From: Eledone cirrhosa
Lineage: Eukaryota
Assembly (NCBI GenBank): GCA_964016885.1
Contig: OZ024748.1
Span: forward strand, 21,700,001 to 21,764,000
Length of the DNA: 64,000 bases
Reading direction: 5' to 3'
The notes under the pieces are model-generated. The model did not search any database, was not told the origin of the DNA, and saw only the letters and a program-made list of their open reading frames with translations. The first letter of the stretch is position 1; the number at the start of each line of letters is the position of its first letter. The translations under genes and the position numbers were made by a program. Of the stretch, positions 1 through 12,952 are shown one piece after another.

Positions 1-43
1 ATCCAGTGATGATATTTTAAACAATGTATGTTTTCTTTTTTAG

Positions 44-156
44 AGTATTACTAAGAGAAAAATGCTAATGAGATTGCATGTTATGGATAAGGATTGCCAA
101 CACAATTATCTTCCAAATGACGTTGATATGCCACTCTATATGCCTGTTATAGATAA
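44..156 (+). CDS. USP31/43-like exon ([17 protein letters not shown]...PVID)
   Basis: tttag acceptor, AA/gtaagt donor; phase 2 matches next exon. Confidence 0.75.
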
Positions 157-3100
157 GTAAGTTTTAATTCTACAGCTTTCAATTTTTGCTTTCTTGCCAA
201 AATGTAGTAATATATTACATTTTAGGTGGTAAGTTGGCAGAGTCATTGAGGCGTTGGATAGAATGCTTTGCAGTATTTTTTTACACTCTCTCTCTCGGCT
301 GCTTTTGCTGTTTATTCTTTTGGGGTCAATAAATAAAGTTCCTGTCCAATACTGACGTCAACTCTTCTTCATTCTCTCTCTTCTTTCTCTCCATTTTCTA
401 CTCTCTCTCCTCTCTTTCTCTCCCTGCCTATCACTGCAAGAAATCAACTGAGATTAAACATGGTGAGGGATGAGTGCCATCAGGTTTAAGATGCCCAAGA
501 CATTTTAATAATGGTGCCCCTACAACTCCATTAGGAGTTAAGGGATCAATGAGTGAGTCTTTAATTAATTTATGTTAACTATTTCTATATTTTCAGAAAT
601 GCTAGAGACTCACAAGAAATACCCTTTGGTATTGATTCTATTTCTTTGCATTCGGAATTCAAAACTTTCATCCTTTTGAGGTTGATAAAGAACCAATCAA
701 GTGGCAGGAATGATTCTCTCTCTTTCTTTCTATCTATCTCTCTCTCTATATATATATATAGGGAGAGAGAGAAGTAGATACATCAGGATTTTACCAGTTT
801 AAAACTAGTTAGTTCATTATTCAGCAGAATACTCAATACTTGGGATAATAGAGTATAAAAATATTAGAAAGTCAGGGCCCGACAGCTTGCCATTTTGACA
901 GCAAATTCTAGAATTTGTTGATGAAACAAATATATATATATATCAGGGTTCTGTGATAAAATATATTTAAGGACATCTGGGCTAAAGTGTTATAATGAAA
1001 GATTGAAGGATAGGTGGAAAATAAGAACTATTTGAGGTTATTGGTCACTTTATATTGCAATGTGGAAATGAAAACATAATAGGTAGGGTTTGTTTTTGTT
1101 TTTTATCTAGAGTGCTGCAGATAGTTTTAGGCGGTGGGGTCTATTGTTGCTGGTGTCAGTTATCCATTTAACTATCTCTAATGAATCAGTGCACATTTTA
1201 TTGGCAATAGTGAGCAAAGACCTAGTGAAGGTCTAACCAGTTAGTTGACATGAATTACAAGAGGGCTGAGGGTTATAGGTTTTTTTTATACAGTATGTGA
1301 AGATCTAGCCAGTTAGTTAGAGGGCTGAAAGTTACAGGTTTTTTTATACAGCAGGAATATGTGAGAAAGGTTGCCATAATCCTTTAGCATTTAAACTGGC
1401 CATATCCAGCCAGAATTCTCTCACCACTTTCTGTTCAAACCAGCTGTAACCAGCCACTCATACTAATGTTAAGGTATTGTTCTCAAAATAAATAATATCA
1501 AAATCTCATAGATTTGATATTATGAGATAATTATGTGAGATAAAGCATTTAACACGAAAATATAACAGTAAATATAGAGTAATGTAAATGCTAAAGGGTT
1601 AATCAATAAGTGATCAAACTGATGGATCAAGAAGTGAAGCCAGCAAATGGTTAAAAAAACAAAACAATTTCCACCCCAGAAAATAAATATGCTTTATAGC
1701 AATTAACCTGTGTCTGGGGATATTTTTATTGATGATGATGATGATTTAATGTTGTTTTAAATTTATTTTATTTTATTTTGTGTTTTTTAGGGTTCTGGGT
1801 GTTCAAGATAGAAACTTTGAACAGTTACCTTTAAGAATACTTGTGGAATGGGATTCTTATTTATGGGAAATGTAAGTCATTTTAATTAAGGATTATTAAC
1901 CCTTTAGCATTTAAACCGGCCATATCTGGCCAGAATTCTCTCATCCCGTTCTGTTCAAACCTGCTGTAACTCAAAATAAATAATATCAAAATCTCATAGA
2001 TTCGATATTATGTGAGATAAAGTGTTTATCATGAAAATATAATAGTAAATATAGAGTAATGTGAATGCTAAAGGGTTAAATGATTTTAAAGTAAAAGTAT
2101 GTGACTTATAGTGGTTAGAGTGTGGGTCTCACTCACGGTGATGTATTGTGTCTTTGAGCAAGTCATTTCATATTGCTCCAGTTCACTCAATTGAAAATAA
2201 GTACTAGTGGCAACTGGGAGTTAGCCCTGTGATAGACTGGTGTTCTATCCAGGGGAAGGTTTTATACTCTCAATCACTTAATGCCTATGAACCTGGAATA
2301 AGTTCTAGGCTGGTTGACTTAAGAAACATTGTGAATTCATAAATTCATAAATTTATATAAATTATTATTATCATCATTTCTATGTCTTATTTAGGGCAGG
2401 GGATTTGGCTGGATCGGTAGAGCATTGGACACTTGCTTTTGTTCTGACTCTTTACAATCTGAGTTCAAATTCTGCTAAGATCAACATTGCCTTTCATCCT
2501 TGCAGGGTCAATAAAATAAAGTGCCACTCAAGTACTTGAGGTCAATCTTGAAGAGCCAATAAAATAAAGTACCACTGAAATACTTGAGGTCAAGACACTA
2601 AAGTACCAGTGAAATACTTGAGGTCAATAAACTAAAGTAGCACTGAAATACTTGAGGTCAAGAAACTAAAGTACCAGTGAAGTACTTGAGGTCAAGACAC
2701 TAAAGTACCAGTGAAGTACTTGAGGTCAATAAAATTAAGTAGCACTGAAATACTTGAGGTCAATAAAATAAGTAGCACTGAAGTACTTGAGGTCAATAAA
2801 CTAAAGTACCAGTGAAGTACTTGGGGTCAAGAAACTAAAGTACCAGTGAAGTACTTGAGGTCAAGACACTAAAGTACCAGTGAAGTACTTGAGGTCAATA
2901 AAATAAAGTAGCACTGAAATACTTGAGGTCAATAAAATAAGTAGCACTGAAGTACTTGAGGTCAATAAACTAAAGTACCAGTGAAGTACTTGGGGTCAAG
3001 AAACTAAAGTACCAGTGAAGTACTTGAGGTCAAGACACTAAAGTACCAGTGAAGTATTTGAGGTCAATCTTGTGTGTGTGTGTGGTGGGGTGGGTGGGGG

Positions 3101-6100
3101 GTTTAATAAAATGAAGTACCACTCGAGTACTTGTGGTCAGTGTTGCTGGGTCAATAAACTAAAGTACCACTGAAGTACTTGAGGTCAATGTAAATCCACT
3201 CCCCCCCCCTCCCCTCTATTGCTGTCCTTGTGCCTAAATTAGAAACCATTATTAATATTTCCATGTTTTGTTTACAGGATTGTTAATCAGACAGCTCATC
3301 GTGTGGAAGAACATTGCAGTGTTGCTAATGTACAAACTATGCAACATAAAATGGGCCACACCACTTTAAAAGATTGTTTTTATCTGTATACACAAGAAGA
3401 AGAGGTAATGACAAATATTGTATTTTAAATTTCTTTTTCTTTTTATATTTTCTGTGTCTCTATGATTCAGAATAAATACCTGAGTTGACTAAAAGGATTC
3501 ATGTGTATCTAGTTTAGAATAGGTACACCATATCACAGTGTATTGTAAGTGTTGGTGTGTCTCTGGTTTAGAATAGGTACACCATATCACAGTGTATTGT
3601 AAGTGTTGGTGTGTATCTAGTTTAGAATAGGTACACCATATCACAGTGTATTGTAAGTGTTGACTAAAGAGTTGCTGTGTATCTAGTTTAGAATAGGTAC
3701 ACCATATCACAGTGTATTGTAAGTGTTGACTAAAGAGTTGCTGTGTATCTAGTTTAGAATAGGTACACCATATCACAGTGTATTGTAAGTGTTGACTAAA
3801 GAGTTGCTGTGTATCTGGTTTAGAATAGGTACACCATATCACAGTGTATTGTAAGTGTTGACTAAAGAGTTGCTGTGTATCTGGTTTAGAATAGGTACAC
3901 CATATCACAGTGTATTGTAAGTGTTGACTAAAGAATTGCTGTGTATCTGGTTTAGAATAGGTACACCATATCACAGTGTATTGTAAGTGTTGGTGTGTTT
4001 CTGGTTTAGAATAGATACACTATATCACAGTGTATTGTAAGTGTTGACTAAAGAGTTGCTATGTATCTGGTTTAGAATAGGTACACCATATCACAGTGTA
4101 TTGTAAGTGTTGGTGTGTATCTAGTTTAGAATAGGTACACCATATCACAGTGTATTGTAAGTGTTGACTAAAGAGTTGCTGTGTATCTGGTTTAGAATAG
4201 GTACACCATATCACAGTGTATTGTAAGTGTTGACTAAAGAGTTGCTGTGTATCTGGTTTAGAATAGGTACACCATATCACAGTGTATTGTAAGTGTTGAC
4301 TAAAGAGTTGCTGTGTATCTGGTTTAGTATAGGTACACCATATCACAGTGTATTGTAAGTGTTGGTGTGTCTCTAGTTTAGAATAGGTACACCATATCAC
4401 AGTGTATTGTAAGTGTTGACTAAAGAGTTGCTGTGTATCTGGTTTAGAATAGGTACACCATATCACAGTGTATTGTAAGTGTTGGTTTGGTGTGTTTCTG
4501 GTTTAGAATAGATACACTATATCACAGTGTATTGTAAGTGTTGGTGTGTTTCTGGTTTAGAATAGATACACTATATCACAGTGTATTGTAAGTGTTGTCT
4601 AAAAGAGTTAGTGTGTCTCTGGTTTAGAATAGGTACACCATATCACAGTGTATTGTAAGTGTTGGTGTGTCTCTGGTTTAGAATAAGTACACCATATCAC
4701 AGTGTATTGTAAGTGTTGGTGTGTCTCTGGTTTAGAATAGGTACACCATATCACAGTGTATTGTAAGTGTTGGTGTGTTTCTGGTTTAGAATAGGTACAC
4801 TATATCACAGTGTATTGTAAGTGTTGTCTAAAAGAGTTGGTGTGTATCTGGTTTAGAATAGGTACACCATATCACAGTGTATTGTAAGTGTTGGTGTGTC
4901 TCTGGTTTAGAATAGGTACACCATATCACAGTGTATTGTAAGAGTTGGTGTGTCTCTGGTTTAGAATAGGTACGCCATATCACAGTGTATTGTAAGTGTT
5001 GGTGTGTTTCTGGTTTAGAATAGATACACTATATCACAGTGTATTGTAAGTGTTGTCTAAAAGAGTTGGTGTGTATCTAGTTTAGAATAGGTACACCATA
5101 TCACAGTGTATTGTAAGTGTTGGTGTGTTTCTGGTTTAGAATAGATACACTATATCACAGTGTATTGTAAGTGTTGTCTAAAAGAGTTGGTGTGTATCTG
5201 GTTTAGAATAGGTACACCATATCACAGTGTATTGTAAGAGTTGGTGTGTCTCTGGTTTAGAATAGGTACGCCATATCACAGTGTATTGTAAGTGTTGGTG
5301 TGTTTCTGGTTTAAAATAGATACACTATATCACAGTGTATTGTAAGTGTTGTCTAAAAGAGTTGGTGTGTATCTAGTTTAGAATAGGTACACCATATCAC
5401 AGTGTATTGTAAGTGTTGGTGTGTTTCTGGTTTAGAATAGATACACTATATCACAGTGTATTGTAAGTGTTGTCTAAAAGAGTTGGTGTGTATCTGGTTT
5501 AGAATAGGTACACCATATCACAGTGTATTGTAAGTGTTGGTGTGTCTCTGGTTTAGAATAGGTACGCCATATCACAGTGTATTGTAAGTGTTGGTGTGTT
5601 TCTGGTTTAGAATAGATACACTATATCACAGTGTATTGTAAGTGTTGTCTAAAAGAGTTGGTGTGTATCTAGTTTAGAATAGGTACACCATATCACAGTG
5701 TATTGTAAGTGTTGACTGAAAGATTTGGTGTCTCTGGTTTAGAATAGGTACACCATATCACAGTGTATTGTAAGCGTTGACTGAAAGATTTGGTGTCTCT
5801 GGTTTAGAATAGGTACACCATATCACAGTGTATTTTAAGTGTTGACTGAAAGATTTGGTGTCTCTGGTTTAGAATAGGTACACCATATCACAGTGTATTG
5901 TAAGTGTTGACTGAAAGATTTGGTGTCTCTGGTTTAGAATAGGTACACCATATCACAGTGTATTGTAAGTGTTGACTGAAAGATTTGGTGTCTCTGGTTT
6001 AGAATAGGTACACCATATTGCTGCTGTGTATTGTAAGTGTTGACTGAAAGATTTGGTGTCTCTGGTTTAGAATAGGTACACCATATTGCTGCTGTGTATT

Positions 6101-9100
6101 GTAAGGGGTGACTAAAAAGGTTGATTCTAGAAATGGTATTTGGCAGTGAAACATTTCCTCAGTCATGAGGAATTATGATGCTAATCCCTGATTTAGTAGG
6201 GAAAATGGTTTGGAAACACATGTTGATATTTTTCTTTTGGGTGTGTGATGCATTTCTTCTTCGCCCACTTATTCTTGAGAGGGTCTTGGGGGCAGAGTCC
6301 TCAAACATTCCTTCCAGCGGGTCCTGTCAGAAGCAACCATCTCCAACTGATCCGGCTGGATCCCCAAGCGAGACCAGCCAAACTCATGGATGTTATCCAA
6401 CCAACTTGCTCGGCATCTACACTTGGGTCTCCTGCCTGTTGATTTAGCCAATAAAATCTGTCCAGCGATTCTTTCCTGAGACATTCTAACCACATGCCCA
6501 TAGTATTGCAGCTGTGATCTCAGTTCGGATTAGTGACTCTCTGATACCTGGAGTGACTCTCTGATCTCCGAGCTATGCACTCTATCAAGTAACATTATTC
6601 CAAAGACAAGGGCGGTGAATTGGCAGTATCGGTAGAGGGTCAGACGCCATGCTTTCTAGCATAGTTATGTCCCTTTATGATCTGAGTTCAAATCCCGCCG
6701 AGGTTAACTTTGCCTTTCATCCCTACGGGGTCGATAAAATAAAGTACCAGTAATGTACTGGGTAATTGCTGGCCTTGTGCCAAAAAGTAGAAACAATTAT
6801 TCCAAAGACCTTTCAGAGAAACCCCATTTTGGCCGCTTATATTTGCGATTGTATTCTTTCAGTCATTACCCAAGATTCATGACCATATGTAAAGGTTGGC
6901 ACGAATACTGAATTGAAGATTGCGAGTTTGGCTTTTACGCCTACTCCCTTCTTCTGATTATTGAATGCTGAAGCTGGCACATTACTGCACCAGCTCTTTG
7001 AACATTTCTTCATAACTATTCTATAATTCTGCAGCTTAGTGGTGATGCCTGGAGATGCCCACATTGTCGCTATGAACAGCAGGGAGCAATAAAGAATTTA
7101 CGGCTATGGACCTTGCCTGGAATTCTTGTTATTCACTTAAAACGTTTTAAACAGGTTTGTTTGTTTGTTTTTAATATAGTTTCACTTCTGTTTTTGAAGG
7201 AAATTATTTAAAGGGAAAAAAAATGTTACATTAAAGTAAACCCTTGGGTATATCTTTTTTATTACCAACCCAACCAAAGTTGGCTTTGGTTCTATGAAAC
7301 AAAATCATCCATTTTAAAGGGTTCCTATTTAAATTTAAATCTTCCAACAATTTTATAAAAGAACCGTGTGTTAAGTTACTGAGTAATGAAAAAAAAAATG
7401 TCAGTAGATCACTCAAAATTCTTTTATAATTAATTAAAACAGTGTATTTTTAATCTTTCAACATAATTTAATTAAGAACCATATGTTAAGTTACCATCTT
7501 AGTATTGATAAAATCAATGTTGAAACATGTAAACATGTATACATGAACTATCATTGGATAAATATAAAATTGATTTGCCATTTGATTATTTGTTTCTTTG
7601 TTTTGTAGCTCATTTGTGTGTATAGTGATGGTGGGTCAAATTTATTGTGTGAAATTTCATAAAGAAATAGATTATTAGAAAAATAGATTATTGTGAATAA
7701 AAGAACTGAATAATGGACCCAGATGTATGTAGAACAGTTCAGATGGAAAGTTATTGGCAGCCATCTTAGAACAATGAAATAGATTAAGGATGAAGATAAA
7801 AATTTCATTTCTCTGTTAGACTATATATGTTAACTTTTTAGCATTTAAACCAGCCAGAACTCTCTCACCTTTTTCAGTTCGAACCGGCCGATCATACCTA
7901 CATTAAGGTATTGTTCTGAAAATAAATAACATCAAAATCTCATAGATTCGATATTATGTGAAATAATTATGTACGGTAAAGCTTTTACTGTGAAAATACA
8001 ATAGTAAATATAGAATAATGTAAATGCTAAAGAGTTAAAATGTTATTGTCTCATTAACATTGAATAATTTCCTCTGAATAAATTCATTGTCTCTTTTATA
8101 TCCATTTTGTGTTTTTACTGCTTCAGAAATTATCTTTTACCTTTTATTTCAGGTGAAAATGCAACGAAATAAACTCGATATTTTGGTTGATTTCCCGATG
8201 TGGAGTTTAGATCTCAGCCAATATTTAGTAAATTCTAATGAGTGGAATCAACGAATGCATGATGGTTATTCTACAACTTCTGATGAAAGCCTAAAAGATG
8301 TTTATGATTTGTTTGCTGTGTGTAACCACTATGGAAATATGATAGGAGGTCATTATACTGGTAAGTTGCTTCCATTAACCCTTTAGCATATCCAGCCGTA
8401 TCCAGCCAGAATTCTCTCACCTCTTTCTATTCAAACTGACCACTCATATTTATGTTAAGGTATTGCTCTCAAAATAAATAATATCAACATCTCGTAGATT
8501 CGATATTATCTGAAATAATTACGTGAGATAAAGTGTTTACTGTGAAAATACAATAGTATATATAGAGTAATGTAAATGGTAAAGGGTTAATACCAACACA
8601 GCTGAAATCTCCACCGGTTTTATAATACAATACAAAGCATCTAATTTAAGGTGTTTATATTCAGATTTCACCTTTCTATCATAATTTCAAGTAATAACCT
8701 TTCCTTGTGTTATATTTCAAACACCGAAAGAATGTAATTACAAATATAAGTAACTGAAATGGGGTTCTTCTGAAGGGTCTCTAGAGTGCATAGCTCAGAG
8801 ATCAACGTTCCACTCCAAGTAGAACTGCTACTTGTCAGCATTGAGAGGTCACATCTACAGTACTATAGACATGTGGTGAAAATGTCCTAAAAAAAGGGGG
8901 AAAGATATAATCAATACATAGTTCTAGATACATTAAGCCAGATAAAAAGATGAAGCATTCATGTCCCTAATACTAGTTGAATGATGAAACGTGTTGAATA
9001 TTCTTGAGAAAAATTTGAAACATTCTCAAGTAAATTTAGTATTTAAATTCACTAAATATTTCACATTTAGTGTATTTTTGTTCAATAAATAAAAACGTGT

Positions 9101-11104
9101 TTAAATATCAAAGTAAATGCTTTTTGCTATAGAGCAAAGAATCACAGCACATGGATTTACTCTATAAAACAGTTGTAACCCTTTCAGGTGTAAAATCGTG
9201 GATTATCAGCCATGATAATTCATGTCGTGGTTTTTTACTCAATAGCAAAAACTTTACTTTGAAATTTCTATCTCCCAGACTTTAACCCTTTAGCATTTAA
9301 ACCAGCCGTATCTGGCCAGAATTCTCTCACCTCTTTCTGTTCAAACAGGCTGTAACCAGCTCCTCATAATGATGTTATGGTATTATTCTCAAAATAAATA
9401 ATATCAAAATATCATAGATTCGATATTATGTGAGGTAAAACCTTTACTGTGAAAATATAATTGTATGTATAGAGTAATGTAAATGCTTAAAGGGTTAATG
9501 TATTTCTGGATTTTTTTCTTATCTTCAGCATTCTGCAAAAATCCTGTAGATGGTTCTTGGTATCAGTTTGACGACACTCTAGTGAAACCAATTTCAAAGA
9601 AAGATGTTGTAACAAAGGCAGCCTATTTATTGTTTTATCAGCATCGCAGACTATCTAAACATCAGAAGGAGGAATTACAAAGTGGAACCCATTGGATATA
9701 TTCCTTACATGGAGCATCTTCAAATGTAGAAGATAGTGTACCAAAACCTCCGCCAAGAACAACCAGTTGCTTAGAATACCAAAGTTCGGCATCATATTTT
9801 GATCAAACATCTTCCTATCTGCCAGAGTCTACTGTAAGAATAAATTATCGCCATCCACATTATTCTCCTCCTGTAAATTCTTTAAATGGTACAGAATTTC
9901 AAAGGAGTCTTGGAAGTCAAGAAGATTATAGTAGTAGCAGCAACAGCAGTAACTATAACCAACAGTCTTATAGAACGTATGAGGAGGATCGTTATTTTCA
10001 AAGATCTGTAGGAGGACAGCATTATCAAAGACACAGTAAGATTTTGTTTCAGTCTAACTTTAAATGTTTTAAATCGATGATCATGAGACCAACATCCTAA
10101 CCACCTGCTCTCACACTGTGATATTGGTTATAAATATGAACAGTCCTCCCACCACACACTATCACGTGTTCCAGCTGACAGGCTGAGGCATCGCTATTGA
10201 TAAATTACACTATAAATCATAAAAATATAATCAAAAACCTAAAAGTTTCATTAATTTTTAATCTTTTTGATACCATTTAAATTTAAATATTCCAGCCTAA
10301 TTTTATATAAGGACCCCTTGTTAAATTACTATCTTAGTAATGAAATCATTGATAATTTTAATAAATCCCTCAAAATTTTTCATTACTTAATACAACTCTT
10401 TCTGTTCAAACCAGCCGTAACTAGCCACTCATACTGACGTTAAGGTATTGTTCTCAATATTATGTGAGATAATTATTAAGATAAAGCCTTTACTGTGAAA
10501 ATATAATAGTATAAAGTACTGTAAATGCTAAAGGGTTAAAGATAGAATTGAATTTGTTGAAATAAATTTACCTTCTCTTTTATTTGCAGGTGGACAAACA
10601 GCAGGTTTTAGAGCCAATACGAAAATTAACAAATTTGCTACTATTGCCCGAACTGAAAATCCAAATCAATATAAACAATTTGATAATAATAGACCAGTAT
10701 TTATTTCAAGATCTAAAACCTATGATGATATTAAAGTCCCTTCTCAAATTTCCTCCAAAATTAATCCCCATGTATTAGAAACCAAAATTTCTAGCATGGG
10801 CCAGACTGTGAACCATAGTTCAATGAATAACACACATTTTTGTTCCAGTAATCCTTGTATAATAGATAAAACACAATCAAAATACTCATTAAGTTCACAT
10901 AACCCACAACAACATCATTCTAGCAATGATGCTCACTCAGTAAGTTCTTGTAAGTTGAACATTTCTCAGGGATCAAGTATACAATCCATAATTGAACCAG
11001 CTCGATACCAACCACAGCTTCACTTACACAAGTATAGAAAACAACCATCAGCTTTTCATAAGAAGAAATTAGATGCTCCTTGTTTAAAAGAATCCTCAGT
11101 ATGA
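44..11104 (+). CDS. USP31/USP43: Ubiquitin-specific protease USP31/USP43-like, 3' part (7 coding exons; 5' end outside window)
   Basis: Exons 44-156, 1791-1871, 3278-3404, 7035-7154, 8153-8360, 9529-10035, 10590-11104; all GT-AG and phase-compatible. USP motifs: [57 protein letters not shown] (His box), WYQFDD, AYLLFY. Confidence 0.9.
1380..1598 (+). mobile_element. piggyBac-type MITE
   Basis: CCTTTAGCATT...AATGCTAAAGGG-TTAA. Confidence 0.8.
1791..1871 (+). CDS. USP31/43-like exon ([26 protein letters not shown])
   Basis: ttttag / gtaagt; LVEWD motif. Confidence 0.8.
1900..2075 (+). mobile_element. piggyBac-type MITE
   Basis: TTAA-CCCTTTAGCATT...AATGCTAAAGGG-TTAA. Confidence 0.88.
2510..3190. 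repeat. About 30-bp minisatellite derived from a SINE tail
   Basis: aaagtaccagtgaagtacttgaggtcaat(a/g)... repeated about 18 times. Confidence 0.9.
3278..3404 (+). CDS. USP31/43-like exon (...[15 protein letters not shown])
   Basis: tacag / gtaatg; USP TLxxCF..YT.EE motif. Confidence 0.88.
3500..6115. repeat. 48/60-bp minisatellite, about 2.6 kb
   Basis: gtgtatctggtttagaataggtacaccatatcacagtgtattgtaagtgttg(actaaagagttg). Confidence 0.95.
6245..6945 (-). mobile_element. RTE-clade LINE 3' fragment, interrupted by a SINE
   Basis: [24 protein letters not shown]...W; (GAA)n tail; second copy at 21215-21545. Confidence 0.8.
6608..6795 (+). mobile_element. tRNA-derived SINE (Meta-domain-like) with 14-bp TSD
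   Basis: A box TGGCAGTATCGG, B box GAGTTCAAATC, GCCTTTCATCC..GGGGTCGATAAAATAAAGTACC; TSD attattccaaagac. Relatives near 225, 2395, 13355, 14920, 35658, 45815, 47362, 47560 and 51665. Confidence 0.85.
7035..7154 (+). CDS. USP31/43-like exon ([11 protein letters not shown]...VIHLKRFKQ)
   Basis: tgcag / gtttgt; zinc-finger CPHC and LKRF box. Confidence 0.92.
7834..8034 (+). mobile_element. piggyBac-type MITE
   Basis: same family, TTAA flanks. Confidence 0.8.
8153..8360 (+). CDS. USP31/43-like exon with catalytic His box
   Basis: ttcag / gtaagt; [19 protein letters not shown]. Confidence 0.93.
8379..8586 (+). mobile_element. piggyBac-type MITE
   Basis: same family, TTAA flanks. Confidence 0.85.
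9286..9494 (+). mobile_element. piggyBac-type MITE
   Basis: same family, TTAA flanks. Confidence 0.85.
9529..10035 (+). CDS. USP31/43-like exon with catalytic Asp box and start of Ser-rich tail
   Basis: ttcag / gtaaga; [22 protein letters not shown]. Confidence 0.92.
10396..10535 (+). mobile_element. piggyBac-type MITE, 5'-truncated
   Basis: right TIR plus TTAA and family body. Confidence 0.75.
10590..11104 (+). CDS. USP31/43-like terminal coding exon ending LKESSV*
   Basis: tgcag acceptor, phase 1; open frame continues into ORF 10796..11104. Confidence 0.8.
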
Positions 11105-11206
11105 TCTTCAGTATTCTAAAGTAAATACTTTAATGATGCACAGACCTTATTTTATCTGTTGTTAATATATATATATATATATATGAAAATATCAGAGATA
11201 TTCTAC

Positions 11207-11282
11207 AATAAATATCCCAGATAATCCCTCCAATAGATTATTTCTTATGCAGTTTCGTTTGTTTTAATTTTTTTTAAATAAA
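11207..11282 (+). terminator. Candidate poly(A) signals of the USP gene
   Basis: AATAAA at about 11207 and 11277, 100-180 nt after the stop codon. Confidence 0.45.
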
Positions 11283-12440
11283 AATTTCTATTATTTATTC
11301 TATTCTATGTCTCTTCTGGCCCCCTTTGACGGTGGATTTGTATCTGAATTCTAGGCTTTGGGGGTTGTATTTTTGTTTGATTGGAGCAGTGCCACTTATG
11401 CAAGTCTCTATACATGTTCATTGGTCTGTTGGCACTGCAAAAAATGTACCTGGTACACTCTGTAAAGTGGTGGGAATTAGGAGAGCTTCCAAACAAAGAG
11501 TTGGGAGGACCCTTTAGTTGTGTCAAAGAAATATATAACTGAATTTGTCATCTCTTTCAAATTAAATCTTATCAGTCAGTCAAACCTCTAGATGGTACTT
11601 TTTGTGTGAGGAATGATGGAATTTAAGAGCAATACTGATAGAACAATCATCATCATTTAACTTCTCTTTTCCCTGCTAGCAAGGGTTGAATGGGCCTACA
11701 CAGGCCAAGGAGATCTTTATCAAGTGTAAAGTTGTTATATCTTTTGACACAAACTAACCCCATGTTTGGCAAGCTTTCTAAAGCTAGATGCCCTTCCTAA
11801 CACCAACCACTTTACAGTGTGTACTGGATGCTTTTGTGTAGATTATAATAAGAATGAAAACTATAACTAAAGAATGTTTTGTTTTTTTTTCTTTTTTAAT
11901 GAATAAAAATGTTAAATTTGTCTTCCATTTAAATTCTTACTTTGGCCTACACTGAAGTGCTGAACAGAGTAAGAGCAACATTTAAAACATATATGAATTA
12001 AAAATATAGAGAAAATGATAATACTGAAAATAATTAACTGTCCATTGATGATAAAATATTTCCTAATGATTAAATAATTTATGTGTCACAAATGTTTACT
12101 CCGAACAGAGACACAAATGTAAATCAACAATTAAAAAGGTGCATACACCTTGTATAAAAATTAGTCAGTATTATATAAAAACGTTGAAGCTATTGTATGT
12201 TTTACATTCAGTGTGTTAAATAGCATCAATGTGTCTGAATTGTAATGTAACATCTAAAAATTCAGGTGAATGATTATGTACTGAAGTATGTTTATTTGTT
12301 TCTACATATATGAATGAATATATGTACATCAATGTGTTTGTGTGCATGCGTATGTATGTATGTATGTATGTATGTATATATATATATGAGAGATGGTACA
12401 GTTAACATTCATGATGTCATGTGAATATATATATATAGTT

Positions 12441-12952
12441 TTAAATAATGAGACAGAGATGAATCTTTTTTTGCTTAATGTGTAAGGCCAGATTCTCAAT
12501 CTTCAGAAGTTGGACATTATTGCTGTTACCGGCATTAAACACTCTGTACACATGATAACTGGCCAGTTTTTTATTAGCAAATTCTATCTCCTTGTTGGAT
12601 ATTTCAAAAATTGATTTTTTTTCTGAACGTGTACTTTTCACTTCAATATATTCCTCATGAAAAGACTGGCCTCCATTTTGATCTCTCTGTTTCAGCACAA
12701 CTTTTATATCATAGGGTTGTCCAGTTTCTTGTAATTCATTCTCCCAGTTGATACTGTAGATAAAACTTTCAGCTTTGGTCTTCTGCTGCAACAAATAATT
12801 AAACACCAAATGTTCACCCCACCGAGCTGTCATGACATTGCAGTCTGTTGAACTAGGGTCAAGAGTGTATTGCTCTGGTATGACCAACTCGTCTCCTCTT
12901 GCTAGTTCCTTGTATTCGAGATCTTTACAGCCTTCTAACCAAATTGGGAAAT
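12441..12952 (-). CDS. NOV-like terminal exon, DUF3883 (NOV_C) PD-(D/E)xK nuclease-like domain
   Basis: [38 protein letters not shown]; TAA at 12441. Confidence 0.92.

Noticed and set aside
3489-6115. CRISPR-like array or repeat-protein ORFs (161 and 135 aa)
   Set aside because: No unique spacers and no cas genes in a eukaryotic intron; the ORFs arise because 48/60-bp units are multiples of 3
6608-6700. tRNA gene
   Set aside because: A/B boxes belong to a SINE head with TSD; no cloverleaf
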